From Acidobacteriota bacterium (lineage in GTDB: Bacteria > Acidobacteriota > Vicinamibacteria > Vicinamibacterales > Fen-181): a stretch of DNA of 40,723 nt. The translations under genes and the position numbers were made by a program. The stretch is from NCBI GenBank assembly GCA_021779795.1, contig JAJXZZ010000001.1, positions 1-40,723 on the forward strand. The letters run 5' to 3'. The notes below the pieces were generated by a model that saw only the letters and a program-made list of their open reading frames with translations, had not been told where the DNA came from and searched no databases. Of this stretch, positions 25,853-35,484 are shown one piece after another. Numbering within the stretch: position 1 is the first letter of the stretch; each line of letters opens with the position of its first letter.

Positions 25853-27289
25853 TCAGTACCCGATCTTCAGCGCGAGCGAGAGCAGCAGCAGGGCGACCGG
25901 GACGTAGACGAAGACGGCGAACTTCGCCGCCGCCTTGATGTACTTGAAGAAGCTCACGCCGGCCATCGAGCAGATCGTGAAGGCGATGCCGTCCCAGGGC
26001 ATCCAGAAGTTGAAGGCGCCCGACGCGAGCTGGAACGCCAGGACGACCACCTGCTTGGAAAAGTGCAGCACGTCGGCGAGCGGCGCCAGGATGGGCAGCA
26101 CCGCGGCGGCCGTGCCCGAGGCGCTGCCGAGCAGCGCCGCCATCAGGGCGCTCGTCCCGAACATCATGTAGGCGACGACGAACTTCGGCGCCTGCTCGAG
26201 GTAGCCCGCCATGAAATTGAGGATGGTGTCGAGGATGTTCGCGTCGTGCAGGATGAAGTAGATGACCTGCGCCGCGCTCATCATGATGACGGCCACCATC
26301 ACGCTGCGCATCCCCTCGATGTTCTTCGCGATCATGTCGGACACGGTCAGGCCGCCGGCCAGCGGCACGACGATGCCCATCCAGAAGAACAGGCCGCCGA
26401 TCTGGACGAAGCCCCACTCGTAGCGCAGCAGCCCCACCATCAGGACGGCGAAGCTGGCGAGCAGCAGCACGAGGGCCAGGGTCCGCCGCGGCGTCAGGGC
26501 CGCCGCGGTCGAGGCCTCGGGCGACGCGCGCAGCCGCCGGCGGTTCTCCACGTCCTCCTCGGCCGAGAGCGAGCGCGACGGGTCGCGCTGCACGCGCGCC
26601 GCGTAGCGCATGATGACGACGCTCGTGACGGTCATCAGCAGCAGGAAGCAGGCCACGCGGTAGGCGGTCCCCGAGTAGAGCGGCACGCCGGCCAGGATCT
26701 GGCCGATCGCCACCGTGTAGGGGTTGGTGATGCCGCACGCGAAGCCCACCGCGATGCTCCAGTACATGACGAACACGGCCGACATCGAGTCGAAGCCGAG
26801 CGTCAGCATCAGCGGGCTGATGACGAGGATGAACGGGATGGCCTCCTCGTACATCCCGAACGTCGCGCCGCAGGCGCCGAGCGCCAGGACGATCACCGGG
26901 ATGAACGCCAGGCCGAACCGGCTCGTGCGCCGGACGAGCGCGTGGATGCCGGCGTCCACCGCGCCGGTGGCGATCACGGCCGTCATCGCGCCCGCCGACA
27001 GCATGATCACGAACGACCGGTCGGCCCCCTCGATGGCGCCCCGCATGAACACGGCCCAGAGCTCGGTGAACCCCTGCGGCACCGAGGCCACGGGGTGGAA
27101 CGACCCCGGCACGACGATGGTGCGCACGTGCCCCATCACGTCGAGCGTCCGCCGGTCGAACATCCCGCCGGGGATGACGAAGGTCAGCAGCGCGAAGAAC
27201 ACGCAGAGGAAGAAGAGGATCACCAGCGGGCTGATGTTCCCCATCGCGGTCACGAGACGCTCTCTGGGAGTCGGCATGGGTGCGGCCAT
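25853..27289 (-). CDS. yfcC: YfcC/DcuC-family (basic amino acid antiporter-like) transporter
   Basis: 478 aa polytopic; LTFVIPGGMFDR, GMYEEAIPF, TNPYTVAIGQILAGVPLYSG, SASGTA, VLAFQ. Confidence 0.85.
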   Translation of the reverse strand: MAAPMPTPRERLVTAMGNISPLVILFFLCVFFALLTFVIPGGMFDRRTLDVMGHVRTIVVPGSFHPVASVPQGFTELWAVFMRGAIEGADRSFVIMLSAGAMTAVIATGAVDAGIHALVRRTSRFGLAFIPVIVLALGACGATFGMYEEAIPFILVISPLMLTLGFDSMSAVFVMYWSIAVGFACGITNPYTVAIGQILAGVPLYSGTAYRVACFLLLMTVTSVVIMRYAARVQRDPSRSLSAEEDVENRRRLRASPEASTAAALTPRRTLALVLLLASFAVLMVGLLRYEWGFVQIGGLFFWMGIVVPLAGGLTVSDMIAKNIEGMRSVMVAVIMMSAAQVIYFILHDANILDTILNFMAGYLEQAPKFVVAYMMFGTSALMAALLGSASGTAAAVLPILAPLADVLHFSKQVVVLAFQLASGAFNFWMPWDGIAFTICSMAGVSFFKYIKAAAKFAVFVYVPVALLLLSLALKIGY

Positions 27290-27339
27290 CCAGGTTCCGG
27301 GAACGGGGTCGGGGGCTCAGGGCCGGCGGTCCGGCTCCA

Positions 27340-28668
27340 TCAGAAGTCCTCGTAGAATGCCCGCGTCTTGACCTCCGCCAGCAGGTCCTCGAGGGCGGCG
27401 ACGGCCTCGGCCGCGCGGCGGTTGTCGAAGGCGGTGAGCAACTCCGCGGCAGCCGTGAGCTTCGACCGCCGGGCGCAGTCCTCGACCTCGGCCAGGGGCC
27501 CGACGGTGGCCGCCTCGAACGCCTGCCAGCGGTCCCTGACGAAGCCGGCGCACGCGGGATAGTGGCGGTCCACCAGCTTGGCCAGCTCGGTGAACAGCCA
27601 GTAGGCCGACCCGCGGTCGTAGCGTCCGCCGGCCGCGGCGTAGTGCGGCTCGATGGCGGTCACGCCGAGGTGGAACGGCACGAACACGCCGGTGAGCGAC
27701 GTGGACAGGCAGCACCACATCCGGTGCGCCAGGCCGGGCCGCGGGCCGCGCCGCGGCTCGAAGATCGTGCAGGCTTCCGTGTTCATGCGCGCCACCGTGC
27801 GGACCCGCGTGCGGAACGGCGACCCGTCGGCCCGAGCCTGGAAGAAGGGGGTCCCCTCGAACACGTCGCGCAGCAGCGTCGTCAGCTCCGGCACGCCGAC
27901 CTGGCCGAGCGCCGACAGCCGCCCCTCGAGCACCTCGTGGCGGTCCAGGTTGTACCGGTCCGACTGGTTGGCCGGGTCGCCGAACACGGCGGCGAAGTCC
28001 AGGGGCGGCGTCGCCGGCCAGCCGCGCCCGGCCGCGTACGAGGCGAGCGTCGGCGCGGCCATCTCGCTGGCCGGCGGTGCCGCCCCGGGCGCCCCAATCC
28101 GGTAACAGTTGGCCCTCACCGACACCTCGTCGTCGCCGACGCGGCGGGCCGCCCACTGGCCGTCGCGCGCCAGCTCCACCCACCAGGCTTCGTCGGGGTC
28201 CGCCACGGCGATCATCGTGCCGGAATCGCAGCTCAGGCCGTGGCGCCCGCACAGCTCGCCGACGAGCGCGGCCCCCTCGCGGGCCGACCGGGCGCGCTCG
28301 AGCACGAGCTGCAGGAACTCGGTCCAGATGACGCCGCCCGCGACGACGTCGTACAGGCGCGCCTCGGGCACGCCGCGCATCATGGCCATGTTGTTGGCCA
28401 CGGCCACGCCGTGCTCGTTGATGCCGCCCGTGTGGTCGCCGGGGTAATGGCGCTTGTCGAAGATCCGCGTGGCGAGGTAGCGGGCCAGGCGCGGCGGCTG
28501 GTCGAGGGCCCCCGACGAGTGGAGCGCGTAGCGTTCCCCGGGGCCGGTGCGCCGCGCCTCGACGAGCGACACCCGGTGCGCCGAGTTCCTCCCCAGCTCC
28601 TCGCTGTGGGCCAGGATCACGCGGCCGGTGGCGCTACGGTTCCTGCCGACGACAAGTGTCGTGCACAC
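27340..28668 (-). CDS. C69-family (Ntn-hydrolase) dipeptidase
   Basis: GTG start then CTT (N-terminal Cys nucleophile); GINEHGVA, LERARSAREGA, ADPDEAWWVE; no signal peptide. Confidence 0.85.
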   Translation of the reverse strand: MCTTLVVGRNRSATGRVILAHSEELGRNSAHRVSLVEARRTGPGERYALHSSGALDQPPRLARYLATRIFDKRHYPGDHTGGINEHGVAVANNMAMMRGVPEARLYDVVAGGVIWTEFLQLVLERARSAREGAALVGELCGRHGLSCDSGTMIAVADPDEAWWVELARDGQWAARRVGDDEVSVRANCYRIGAPGAAPPASEMAAPTLASYAAGRGWPATPPLDFAAVFGDPANQSDRYNLDRHEVLEGRLSALGQVGVPELTTLLRDVFEGTPFFQARADGSPFRTRVRTVARMNTEACTIFEPRRGPRPGLAHRMWCCLSTSLTGVFVPFHLGVTAIEPHYAAAGGRYDRGSAYWLFTELAKLVDRHYPACAGFVRDRWQAFEAATVGPLAEVEDCARRSKLTAAAELLTAFDNRRAAEAVAALEDLLAEVKTRAFYEDF

Positions 28669-28684
28669 AAGCGCTCCGCACGGA

Positions 28685-29491
28685 TCAGCCGAAGAAGGCG
28701 TCGAGGACCTCGAGGTACGTCGCGACGCGGATGTCGAGCGCGGGCGAATCGGGCGCGTGCAGCAGGTTCTCGACCGTGATCACCGGGCTGCACGCCACGC
28801 GGCGGGCCAGCAGTTCGTCGATCGACCCGTCCGCGCTGTCCACGATCGCGCCGTCCACGAGGCGCTCGCCGAACCGCGTGACCCCCTCGCGGATGAGCGG
28901 CAGGCTCGACGCCGCGAGCGCGGCCCGCACGCGCCGGCTCTCCGGCCTGTCGGCCGCGCCGTCACCGATGAAGTACAGGTAGGACCCGGCGCCCTCGAAC
29001 TGGTAGCCGGGAGCCTCGTAGACCGGGTCCTCGTGGAGATCGAGCACCGCGGCGCCCGGGCGGATCCCGATCCCGCCCGTCACGAAACGGGTGATCGCGT
29101 CGGCCTCGGGACAGGCCGGCGCCTCCGATCGGCCGAGCAGGTGGTCGCTGTCCGAGACGCTCTGGCCCGACGGCCCGTACCGCTCGTGGTGGGCATAGCC
29201 CCAGGGATTGAGCAGCGGCATGACCAGCAGGCGGCGGGCGCGGCCGATCTCGACGAGCCTCGGCACGTAGCGCGCGATCGCGACCGCGCCGGCCGGCTCG
29301 CGCCCGTGGATGCCGCCGATGAGCACGCGGTCCACCTCGTCCGCGTTGAACCACGCGCGGATGGGAAAGCCGTCCTGCCGGGCCACCTCGACCGACTGCC
29401 AGCCGGCGTCGCCGAGCGCGCCGGCGGCCGCGAGAATCTCGTCGAACGGCGGGCGCCCGTCGCCGGGCGCCGCGCCGGCCAGGTGGGTCAT
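28685..29491 (-). CDS. M14-clan zinc amidohydrolase (succinylglutamate desuccinylase/aspartoacylase-like)
   Basis: 268 aa; GGIHGREP (HxxE), NPWG, LDLHED, ITVE. Confidence 0.75.
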   Translation of the reverse strand: MTHLAGAAPGDGRPPFDEILAAAGALGDAGWQSVEVARQDGFPIRAWFNADEVDRVLIGGIHGREPAGAVAIARYVPRLVEIGRARRLLVMPLLNPWGYAHHERYGPSGQSVSDSDHLLGRSEAPACPEADAITRFVTGGIGIRPGAAVLDLHEDPVYEAPGYQFEGAGSYLYFIGDGAADRPESRRVRAALAASSLPLIREGVTRFGERLVDGAIVDSADGSIDELLARRVACSPVITVENLLHAPDSPALDIRVATYLEVLDAFFG

Positions 29492-29500
29492 CGTCTTCCC

Positions 29501-30835
29501 TCAGCGCGCCCCGCGCGCCTCCCGCGCCTCGTTCAGGCTGCCCTCGAACAGCGCCAGCGCCTCGTCCACCTCGGCCTCCGACACCACGAGCGGCGGCATG
29601 AAGCGGACCGTGCTCCGCCCGCACGAGAGCAGCAGCAGGCCGTTGTGGAACGCGCGGCCCACGACCGCGTCGCAGAGCTCCACGGCGGGCGCCCTGGACT
29701 GGCGGTCCTCGACGAGCTCGACGCCGATGAACAGTCCCCGGCCCCGCACGTCGCCAATCTCCGGATGGCGCGACTGCAGGTCACGCAGCCGGTCCATGAA
29801 GATCCCTCCGACGCGCGCCGCGTTGGCCATGTACCCGCCCTCGACCAGGTCGAGCGTGGCGAGCGCCGCCGCGCAGCAGATCGGGTTGCCGCCGTACGTG
29901 TTGCCGTGCGCGCCGCGCGGCCAGGCCTCCATGACGCCGCGGCGGGCCATCATCACGCCGATCGGCATGCCGCTCGCGATCCCCTTGGCCATCGTGACGA
30001 TGTCGGGCTGGACGCCCTCGTGCTCGCACGCGAACATGCGGCCGGTCCTGCCGATGCCGGTCTGCACCTCGTCGCAGATGAGGAGGATGCCGTGGCGGTC
30101 GCACAGGTCGCGCAGGCCGGCGAGGAATCCAGGCGGCGGCACGACATATCCGCCCTCGCCCTGCATCGGCTCCACCAGCACGGCCGCCACTTCGTCGGCC
30201 GGCACGCTGGTGCGGAAGAGGACCTCCTCGACGTAGTCGAGGACGGCGCGTCCCTGGTCGCCGCCCGCGAGCAGCGGCCGGTACGGGTTCGGGTACGGCA
30301 CGTGCGTCACGCCGGGCATCGTCGGGGCGAAGCGCTTCTGCTGCGTGGACTTGCTCGACGTGAAGGCGAGCGCCCCCATCGTGCGCCCGTGGAATCCGCC
30401 GAGGAAGCCGATGAAGCGGGGCCGCCGCGTGGCGTAGCGCGCCAGCTTCAGGGCGGCCTCGACGGCCTCGGTGCCCGACTGGCCGAAGAAGCACATGGCC
30501 GGCTCCCGCATGGGCGCCAGCGCCGCGAGCCGCTCGCCGAGGCGGGTCTGCCCCTCGTGCCAGTAGTCGCTCGAGATGTGGATGAACTTCGCGGCGGCGT
30601 CCTGGATGGCGCGCACGACGTCGGGGTGGGCATGGCCGGTGCTGCACACGGCGATGCCGGCGGCGAAGTCGAGAAACCGGTTGCCGTCCACGTCCCAGAC
30701 CTCGCAGCCGCGGCCGTGCGACATGGCGAACGGGTTCTCGCGGGGATAGGACGGCGAGGTCACCGCGGCGTCGCGCGCCAGGAGCGCCTGGGCGGCCGGG
30801 CCGGGAAGCGGCGTGCGGATGTGCGGCGTGTTCAT
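29501..30835 (-). CDS. Class III aminotransferase (GabT/ornithine aminotransferase-like)
   Basis: 444 aa; FLDFAAGIA, SGTEAVEAA, FHGRT, EPMQGEGG, DEVQTGIGRTG, MAKG, HGNTYGGNP. Confidence 0.92.
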   Translation of the reverse strand: MNTPHIRTPLPGPAAQALLARDAAVTSPSYPRENPFAMSHGRGCEVWDVDGNRFLDFAAGIAVCSTGHAHPDVVRAIQDAAAKFIHISSDYWHEGQTRLGERLAALAPMREPAMCFFGQSGTEAVEAALKLARYATRRPRFIGFLGGFHGRTMGALAFTSSKSTQQKRFAPTMPGVTHVPYPNPYRPLLAGGDQGRAVLDYVEEVLFRTSVPADEVAAVLVEPMQGEGGYVVPPPGFLAGLRDLCDRHGILLICDEVQTGIGRTGRMFACEHEGVQPDIVTMAKGIASGMPIGVMMARRGVMEAWPRGAHGNTYGGNPICCAAALATLDLVEGGYMANAARVGGIFMDRLRDLQSRHPEIGDVRGRGLFIGVELVEDRQSRAPAVELCDAVVGRAFHNGLLLLSCGRSTVRFMPPLVVSEAEVDEALALFEGSLNEAREARGAR

Positions 30836-30853
30836 GAACGGATCCTTTCGGCC

Positions 30854-31642
30854 TCAGTACGGCACTCGTATCGCCCGCGCGTGGGCGGCGCGCGTCCGCG
30901 CCTGCAGGTCGCGCAGGATGCGCAGTTCGTCGCCGGTGGGCGGCGCCACGACGTTCACGTGGGGGGCGACGGCGAGCGGCCATCCCGTGGCGGCGACGAC
31001 GCGCTCGACCGTCACGTCTTCGAACCGCTCCACCAGTTGCAGCTCTTCGGTCTCGGGATCGGGGCGGAGGATGCCGAGGTCCGTGATCACGGCCTGCGGC
31101 CCGGCCCCCGCGGCCCCGGCGCGCGCGCGCGCGCCGCGCCCCTCCAGGAACCCGGCGCTGCTGACGAAGTCCAGGCGCGGCACGAACGCGCGCGGCGTCT
31201 GCTTGAGGACGACGAAGACCTGCCCGGCGCTGGAGGCGATCTCGGGTGCGCCGCCCGCGCCCGGCAGCCGCGTCTTCGGGCGGGCGTAGTCGCCGATGAC
31301 GGTGCTGTTGAGATTGCCGAACCGGTCGATCTGCGCCGCGCCCAGGAAGCCGACGTCCACGCGGCCGCCCTGCAGGTAGTAGGCGAAGATCTCGGGCAGC
31401 GGCACCACGGCCGTGGCCGTGTCGGCCAGCTCCCCGTCGCCGATCGACAGCGGCAGCACGTCGGGGCGCGTGCCCACCGTGCCCGACTCGTAGACGAGCA
31501 CGATGTCGGGGGCGTGCGTGTGGCGGGCCAGGTTCGCCGCCGCCGACGGCAGGCCGATGCCGACGAAGCACACGCAGCCGTCCCAGAGCATCCGGGCCGC
31601 GGCCACCGTCATCATTTCGTCGCGCGTCCAGGGGGGCGTCAC
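30854..31642 (-). CDS. pcaJ: 3-oxoadipate/glutaconate-type CoA-transferase subunit B
   Basis: GTG start overlapping the subunit A stop; FVGIGLPS, LVYESG (catalytic Glu), AQIDRFGNLN, RLPGAGGAPEIA. Confidence 0.85.
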   Translation of the reverse strand: MTPPWTRDEMMTVAAARMLWDGCVCFVGIGLPSAAANLARHTHAPDIVLVYESGTVGTRPDVLPLSIGDGELADTATAVVPLPEIFAYYLQGGRVDVGFLGAAQIDRFGNLNSTVIGDYARPKTRLPGAGGAPEIASSAGQVFVVLKQTPRAFVPRLDFVSSAGFLEGRGARARAGAAGAGPQAVITDLGILRPDPETEELQLVERFEDVTVERVVAATGWPLAVAPHVNVVAPPTGDELRILRDLQARTRAAHARAIRVPY

Positions 31643-32511
31643 CGGGTCACCTCCATGGCATCCCGCGTCGAGGCGACGCCCAGGCTGCGCAGGAACGCGG
31701 CGTGGTCGCGCGTGCCGAGCACGTGCGCGTCGATCCACTGGCGGAACCGGTCGCGGTCGCGCGAGATCTCGTCCCACGCCAGGTAGAAGGCGTTGTCGCG
31801 CGCGTAGCATCCCTGGGCGTAGGACGGGTAGGCGCCGCCCGGCACGCACGCGACCGCGGTGACCAGCCAGCCCGGCAGCACGACGGCGTTCATCGGCGCG
31901 TCGAGCGCGTCCACCACCTGCTCGACCGTCACGACGAGCCGCCTGGCCGCCATCGCGGCTTCCTTCTGGGCGCCCAGGATGCCGCGCAGCAGCACGTTGC
32001 CGCGCCGGTCGGCCTGGACGGCGTGGAGGATCGTCACGTCTGGCCGCAGCGCGGGCACCGTGGCGATCGTCTCGCCGGTGTAGGGGCACGTGACGCTCTT
32101 CACCTGCGGGTTGACCCGCGGGAGGTCCGTGCCGATGTACCCGCGCAGCACGCCGAAGGGGAGGTTCGCGGCGCCGGCCGTGTAGGCGGCGGCCATGCCG
32201 GCGTGCGAGTGCTCGACGATCTCGAGCGGGCGCGGCCAGCCGTTCTCGACGGCGTCGCGCAGCCGGTGGAGCGACCCCACGCCCGGGTTCCCGCCCCACG
32301 AGAACGTCAGGGCGCGTGCGCAGCCCGCCCCGATCATCTGGTCGTAGACGAGGTCGGGCGTCATCCGGACCAGGTGCAGGTCGCGGCGGCCCTGCCGGAT
32401 GATCTCGTGGCCGGCGGCGAACGGGATGAGGTGCGTGAACCCCTCGAGGGCGAGCGTCTGTCCGTCCTCGACGTACCGCGCCACGGCGTCGTGCAGCGTC
32501 AGCAGCGCCAT
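31639..32511 (-). CDS. pcaI: 3-oxoadipate/glutaconate-type CoA-transferase subunit A
   Basis: 290 aa; ALEGFTHLIPFAAGHEIIRQ, RMTPDLVYDQMIG, SWGGNPGVGSLHR, YARDNAFY (CatI/PcaI type). Confidence 0.88.
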   Translation of the reverse strand: MALLTLHDAVARYVEDGQTLALEGFTHLIPFAAGHEIIRQGRRDLHLVRMTPDLVYDQMIGAGCARALTFSWGGNPGVGSLHRLRDAVENGWPRPLEIVEHSHAGMAAAYTAGAANLPFGVLRGYIGTDLPRVNPQVKSVTCPYTGETIATVPALRPDVTILHAVQADRRGNVLLRGILGAQKEAAMAARRLVVTVEQVVDALDAPMNAVVLPGWLVTAVACVPGGAYPSYAQGCYARDNAFYLAWDEISRDRDRFRQWIDAHVLGTRDHAAFLRSLGVASTRDAMEVTR

Positions 32512-32514
32512 CCG

Positions 32515-34083
32515 CTACTCCACCCAGGTCTGCGACTGCTCCCGCAGGTACTGCGGCAGGTAGTAGAACGAGCCGATCGCCTTGCCGGTGGATCCCGAGC
32601 CCTTCCAGCCGCCGAACGGCTGGTAGCCGGGCCACGCCCCGGTCGTGGCCCCCTGCGGCCGGTTCGCGTAGGTCACGCCGGCCTCGATGCGATCGAAGAA
32701 CGCCGCCACCTCGTCCTGGCTGCCGTAGCAGCCCGCCGTCAGGCCCAGCGTGGCGTCGTTGGCGAGCCGGAGCCCCTCCTCGAAGTCCTTCACGCGGCTC
32801 ACCATGAGGATCGGCAGGAACAGTTCCTCGCGGTAGAGCGGGTGGTCGGCCGGCGCCTCGGCCAGCGTGGGGGCGACGTAGTGACCGCGGGCGAAGGCTT
32901 CGCCCTCGAGGCGGCTGCCTCCGACGAGAATCCGCGCGCCGCCGGCTCGCAGCCGCTCGCAGCACGCGTCGAAGTCGCGGGCCGCGCGCGCCGAGATGAC
33001 GGGCCCCATGTAGTTCTCCCGCCGCGTGGGATCGCCGACGGTGAGCGCCCGGATCTCGGCGGCCAGGCGTTCGATGAACCGGTCGGCCACCGACGCCTCG
33101 ACGTAGATCCGCGACAGCGCCGAGCACTTCTGCCCGCTCAGGCCGTAGGCGGATCGCGACGTGCCCTTCACGGCGCGCGCGAGGTCGGCGCGCGCGGTGA
33201 CGATGCACGGGTTCTTGCCGCCGGCCTCGACGATGCACGGGCGCGGCCAGGAGCCCGAGGCCATGGCGCCGAAAATTCGCTGGCCCACGACGAACGACCC
33301 GGTGAACGTGGCGCCGGCCACGGCGGGATGGGTGACGAGCGCCTCGCCGACCACGCGGCCGCTGCCGACGACGTAGTTGAAGACCCCGGGAGGGGCGCCG
33401 GCGTCCCTGATGCACTCGGCGAGCAGCCGGCCGGCCCACGGGGTGTCGGTGGCGCCCTTCAGCACCACCGTGTTGCCGGTGACCAGCGCGGCCGCGGTCG
33501 GGCCGCCGGCCAGCGCCAGCGGGTAGTTGAACGGCGCGATGACGGCCCACGCGCCGTGCGGCTTGAGCACGCTGCGGTTGTGCGACTTCCAGCCCTCGAG
33601 CGGGTCGTCGGGCAGCCGGCGGTCGTAGCCCCCGTTGCGCTCGAACTCGTCGGCGTAGCCCCTGAAGAAGTCCGCGGTCTCCTGCGTCTCGCCGAGCGCC
33701 TCCATCCGGTTCTTGCCCACCTCGATGGCGAGTGCGGCGCCGATCGTGTAGACGCGCTCCTCGATGAGGTCGGCCACGCGGCGGGCGACCGCGAGGCGCT
33801 CGGCCGTGGGCGTGCGCCGCCACGTGTCGAACGCGCGGCGCGCCGCCGCGACGGCCGCCTCCACGTCGGCCGCGCCGCCGGACGGGAAGCGGCCGGTCAC
33901 CACCCGGTCGTCGATGGGGCTGGTTCGCGCGACGCCCTGCCCGGCCTCGACGTCCCGGCCGTCGATGTACATCGGGTGGGAGGCCCCGAGGCCCGCCTTC
34001 ACCTCGGCCAGCGCCCGCTCGAAGCGCGCGTGCATCTCCTCGGGCGGGTTGAACATCGTCGAATACGTGAGCTTGAACGTCAT
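32515..34083 (-). CDS. NAD(P)-dependent aldehyde dehydrogenase, P5C-dehydrogenase-like
   Basis: Start MTFKLTYSTM at 34083 (ATGA overlap), 522 aa; IAPFNYP, FTGS, EAGGKNP, GQKCSA, QPFGGWKGSG. Confidence 0.88.
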   Translation of the reverse strand: MTFKLTYSTMFNPPEEMHARFERALAEVKAGLGASHPMYIDGRDVEAGQGVARTSPIDDRVVTGRFPSGGAADVEAAVAAARRAFDTWRRTPTAERLAVARRVADLIEERVYTIGAALAIEVGKNRMEALGETQETADFFRGYADEFERNGGYDRRLPDDPLEGWKSHNRSVLKPHGAWAVIAPFNYPLALAGGPTAAALVTGNTVVLKGATDTPWAGRLLAECIRDAGAPPGVFNYVVGSGRVVGEALVTHPAVAGATFTGSFVVGQRIFGAMASGSWPRPCIVEAGGKNPCIVTARADLARAVKGTSRSAYGLSGQKCSALSRIYVEASVADRFIERLAAEIRALTVGDPTRRENYMGPVISARAARDFDACCERLRAGGARILVGGSRLEGEAFARGHYVAPTLAEAPADHPLYREELFLPILMVSRVKDFEEGLRLANDATLGLTAGCYGSQDEVAAFFDRIEAGVTYANRPQGATTGAWPGYQPFGGWKGSGSTGKAIGSFYYLPQYLREQSQTWVE

Positions 34084-35384
34084 GACCACTCCGAGTCGCC
34101 GAGCAGGCGGTCGAGGACGTCGATCGCGCGGCGAAGATCCGTCTCTTCGATGACGAGCGGCGGGGCGAGGACGACGAGGTTGCCGCGCACGGCGAACGAG
34201 ACGCCCTCGTCGAGCGCGCGGCGGGCGAGAGCGGCGAGCGCGGGGTGCACCTCGGGCCACGGGCGAAGCGGCTCGCGCGTGGCGCGGTCCCTGACGAGTT
34301 CGAGGACGGCGAACAGCCCTCGACCTCCCCGAACGTCGCCGATGACCGGGTGGCGCGCGGCCAGATCCCGGAGCCGGCCGAACAGCCAGGCGCCCAGCGC
34401 CCGCGATCGCGCGATGAGGCCTTCCTCCTCGTAGGCGTCGATGGCGGCGACGCCGGCGGCGCACGCGAGCGGGTGGCCGCAGTAGGTCAGGCCGGTGTTG
34501 AGCGGCACCTGCTCGAGACGGCCGGCCACCTCCTTCGAGACGACGACGGCGGCAAGGGGGATGTGCGCGCCGGTCAGCCCCTTGGCGAGCGTCATCAGGT
34601 CGGGCCGCCCCTCTTCGCCGTAGCGCTGCCAGGCGAACCACTCGCCGCACCGGCCGAAGCCGCTCATCACCTCGTCGGCGATGAGCCAGACGCCCTTCTC
34701 GCGCGTCACGCGCCTGAGGCCGGGCCAGAAGTTGCCGGGCGCGACGATGCCGTTGGTGCCGGCGTCGGGCTCCATCAGGACGGCCGCGGCGTCGGGATCG
34801 GCGTCGAGGGCCTGGCCCACCGCCTCGACGGCCTTCGCGCCGCAGGCCTCGTCCGAGCGCGTGCCGAAGGGGCACCGGTAGGCGTAGGGGGGCGGCACGC
34901 GGCGCACGGGGAAGGCGGCGGGGTCGGCCTGGGCGCTGGTGCGGCTGTCGCCGCTCAGGGCCATGGCGGCGTAACTCGCGCCGTGGTACGAGCGGTCTCG
35001 GGTGACGATGGCGCCGCGGGGCCGGCCGAGGGCCTGGCGCGCGAACTTGACCGCCTGTTCGTTGGCGTCGGCGCCGCCGAGCGTGAAGAAGACGCGGCCC
35101 CCCTCGAAGCCGGACTTCTCGAGCAGCCGCTCGGCCAGGCGGGCGCGGGGCTCGGCGCCCCAGGCGGCGGTGACGAAGCAGAGGCGCGCGGCCTGCTCCT
35201 GGATGGCGCGGACGACGCGCGGGTGCTGGTGGCCGAGGTTGACGCACTCGGCCTGGCTGCTCATGTCGAGGTACTGGCGGCCGGACTCGTCCCAGAAGCG
35301 GGCGCCGCGCCCGCCGGCGACGGTGGGGGCGTTCCAGCCGGCCTGGACGCACCAGCTGTGGAGGACGGTGTCCCGCTCGGCCAT
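34080..35384 (-). CDS. Class III (omega/beta-amino acid) aminotransferase
   Basis: AGGAG RBS, start MAERDTVLHSW at 35384; NLGHQHP, GGADANE, SYHG, ADEVMSGFGR, LAKGLT, TYCGHP. Confidence 0.9.
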   Translation of the reverse strand: MAERDTVLHSWCVQAGWNAPTVAGGRGARFWDESGRQYLDMSSQAECVNLGHQHPRVVRAIQEQAARLCFVTAAWGAEPRARLAERLLEKSGFEGGRVFFTLGGADANEQAVKFARQALGRPRGAIVTRDRSYHGASYAAMALSGDSRTSAQADPAAFPVRRVPPPYAYRCPFGTRSDEACGAKAVEAVGQALDADPDAAAVLMEPDAGTNGIVAPGNFWPGLRRVTREKGVWLIADEVMSGFGRCGEWFAWQRYGEEGRPDLMTLAKGLTGAHIPLAAVVVSKEVAGRLEQVPLNTGLTYCGHPLACAAGVAAIDAYEEEGLIARSRALGAWLFGRLRDLAARHPVIGDVRGGRGLFAVLELVRDRATREPLRPWPEVHPALAALARRALDEGVSFAVRGNLVVLAPPLVIEETDLRRAIDVLDRLLGDSEWS

Positions 35385-35393
35385 GTGGGCTCC

Positions 35394-35429
35394 TGTGCGA
35401 TAATCGCACATAAGTTCGTGTTGCGAACT
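35394..35429. promoter_or_regulatory. Tandem PcaR/PobR-type operators
   Basis: Perfect palindrome TGTGCGAT-A-ATCGCACA (35394-35410) resembling the PcaR box (GTTCGATAATCGCAC-like); second palindrome AGTTCG-N5-CGAACT (35413-35429). Confidence 0.8.
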
Positions 35430-35484
35430 CATTAGAGATCCCCTACGCTAGGCTTGTCAACCGGCATCCCGGACGAGAACGCGC

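Noticed and set aside
28547..31786. 1079-aa plus-strand ORF (and similar long ORFs at 412-2076, 2949-5660, 5462-8107, 21831-23750, 31702-34434)
   Set aside because: Antisense shadows of well-supported genes, expected at this GC content; Arg/Ala/Gly-rich with no family motifs.
29501..35384. 6-aminohexanoate (nylon monomer) to adipate pathway as the main explanation
   Set aside because: It would need acyl-CoA dehydrogenase, hydratase and hydroxyacyl-CoA dehydrogenase, which are absent here. Not excluded if they are encoded elsewhere.
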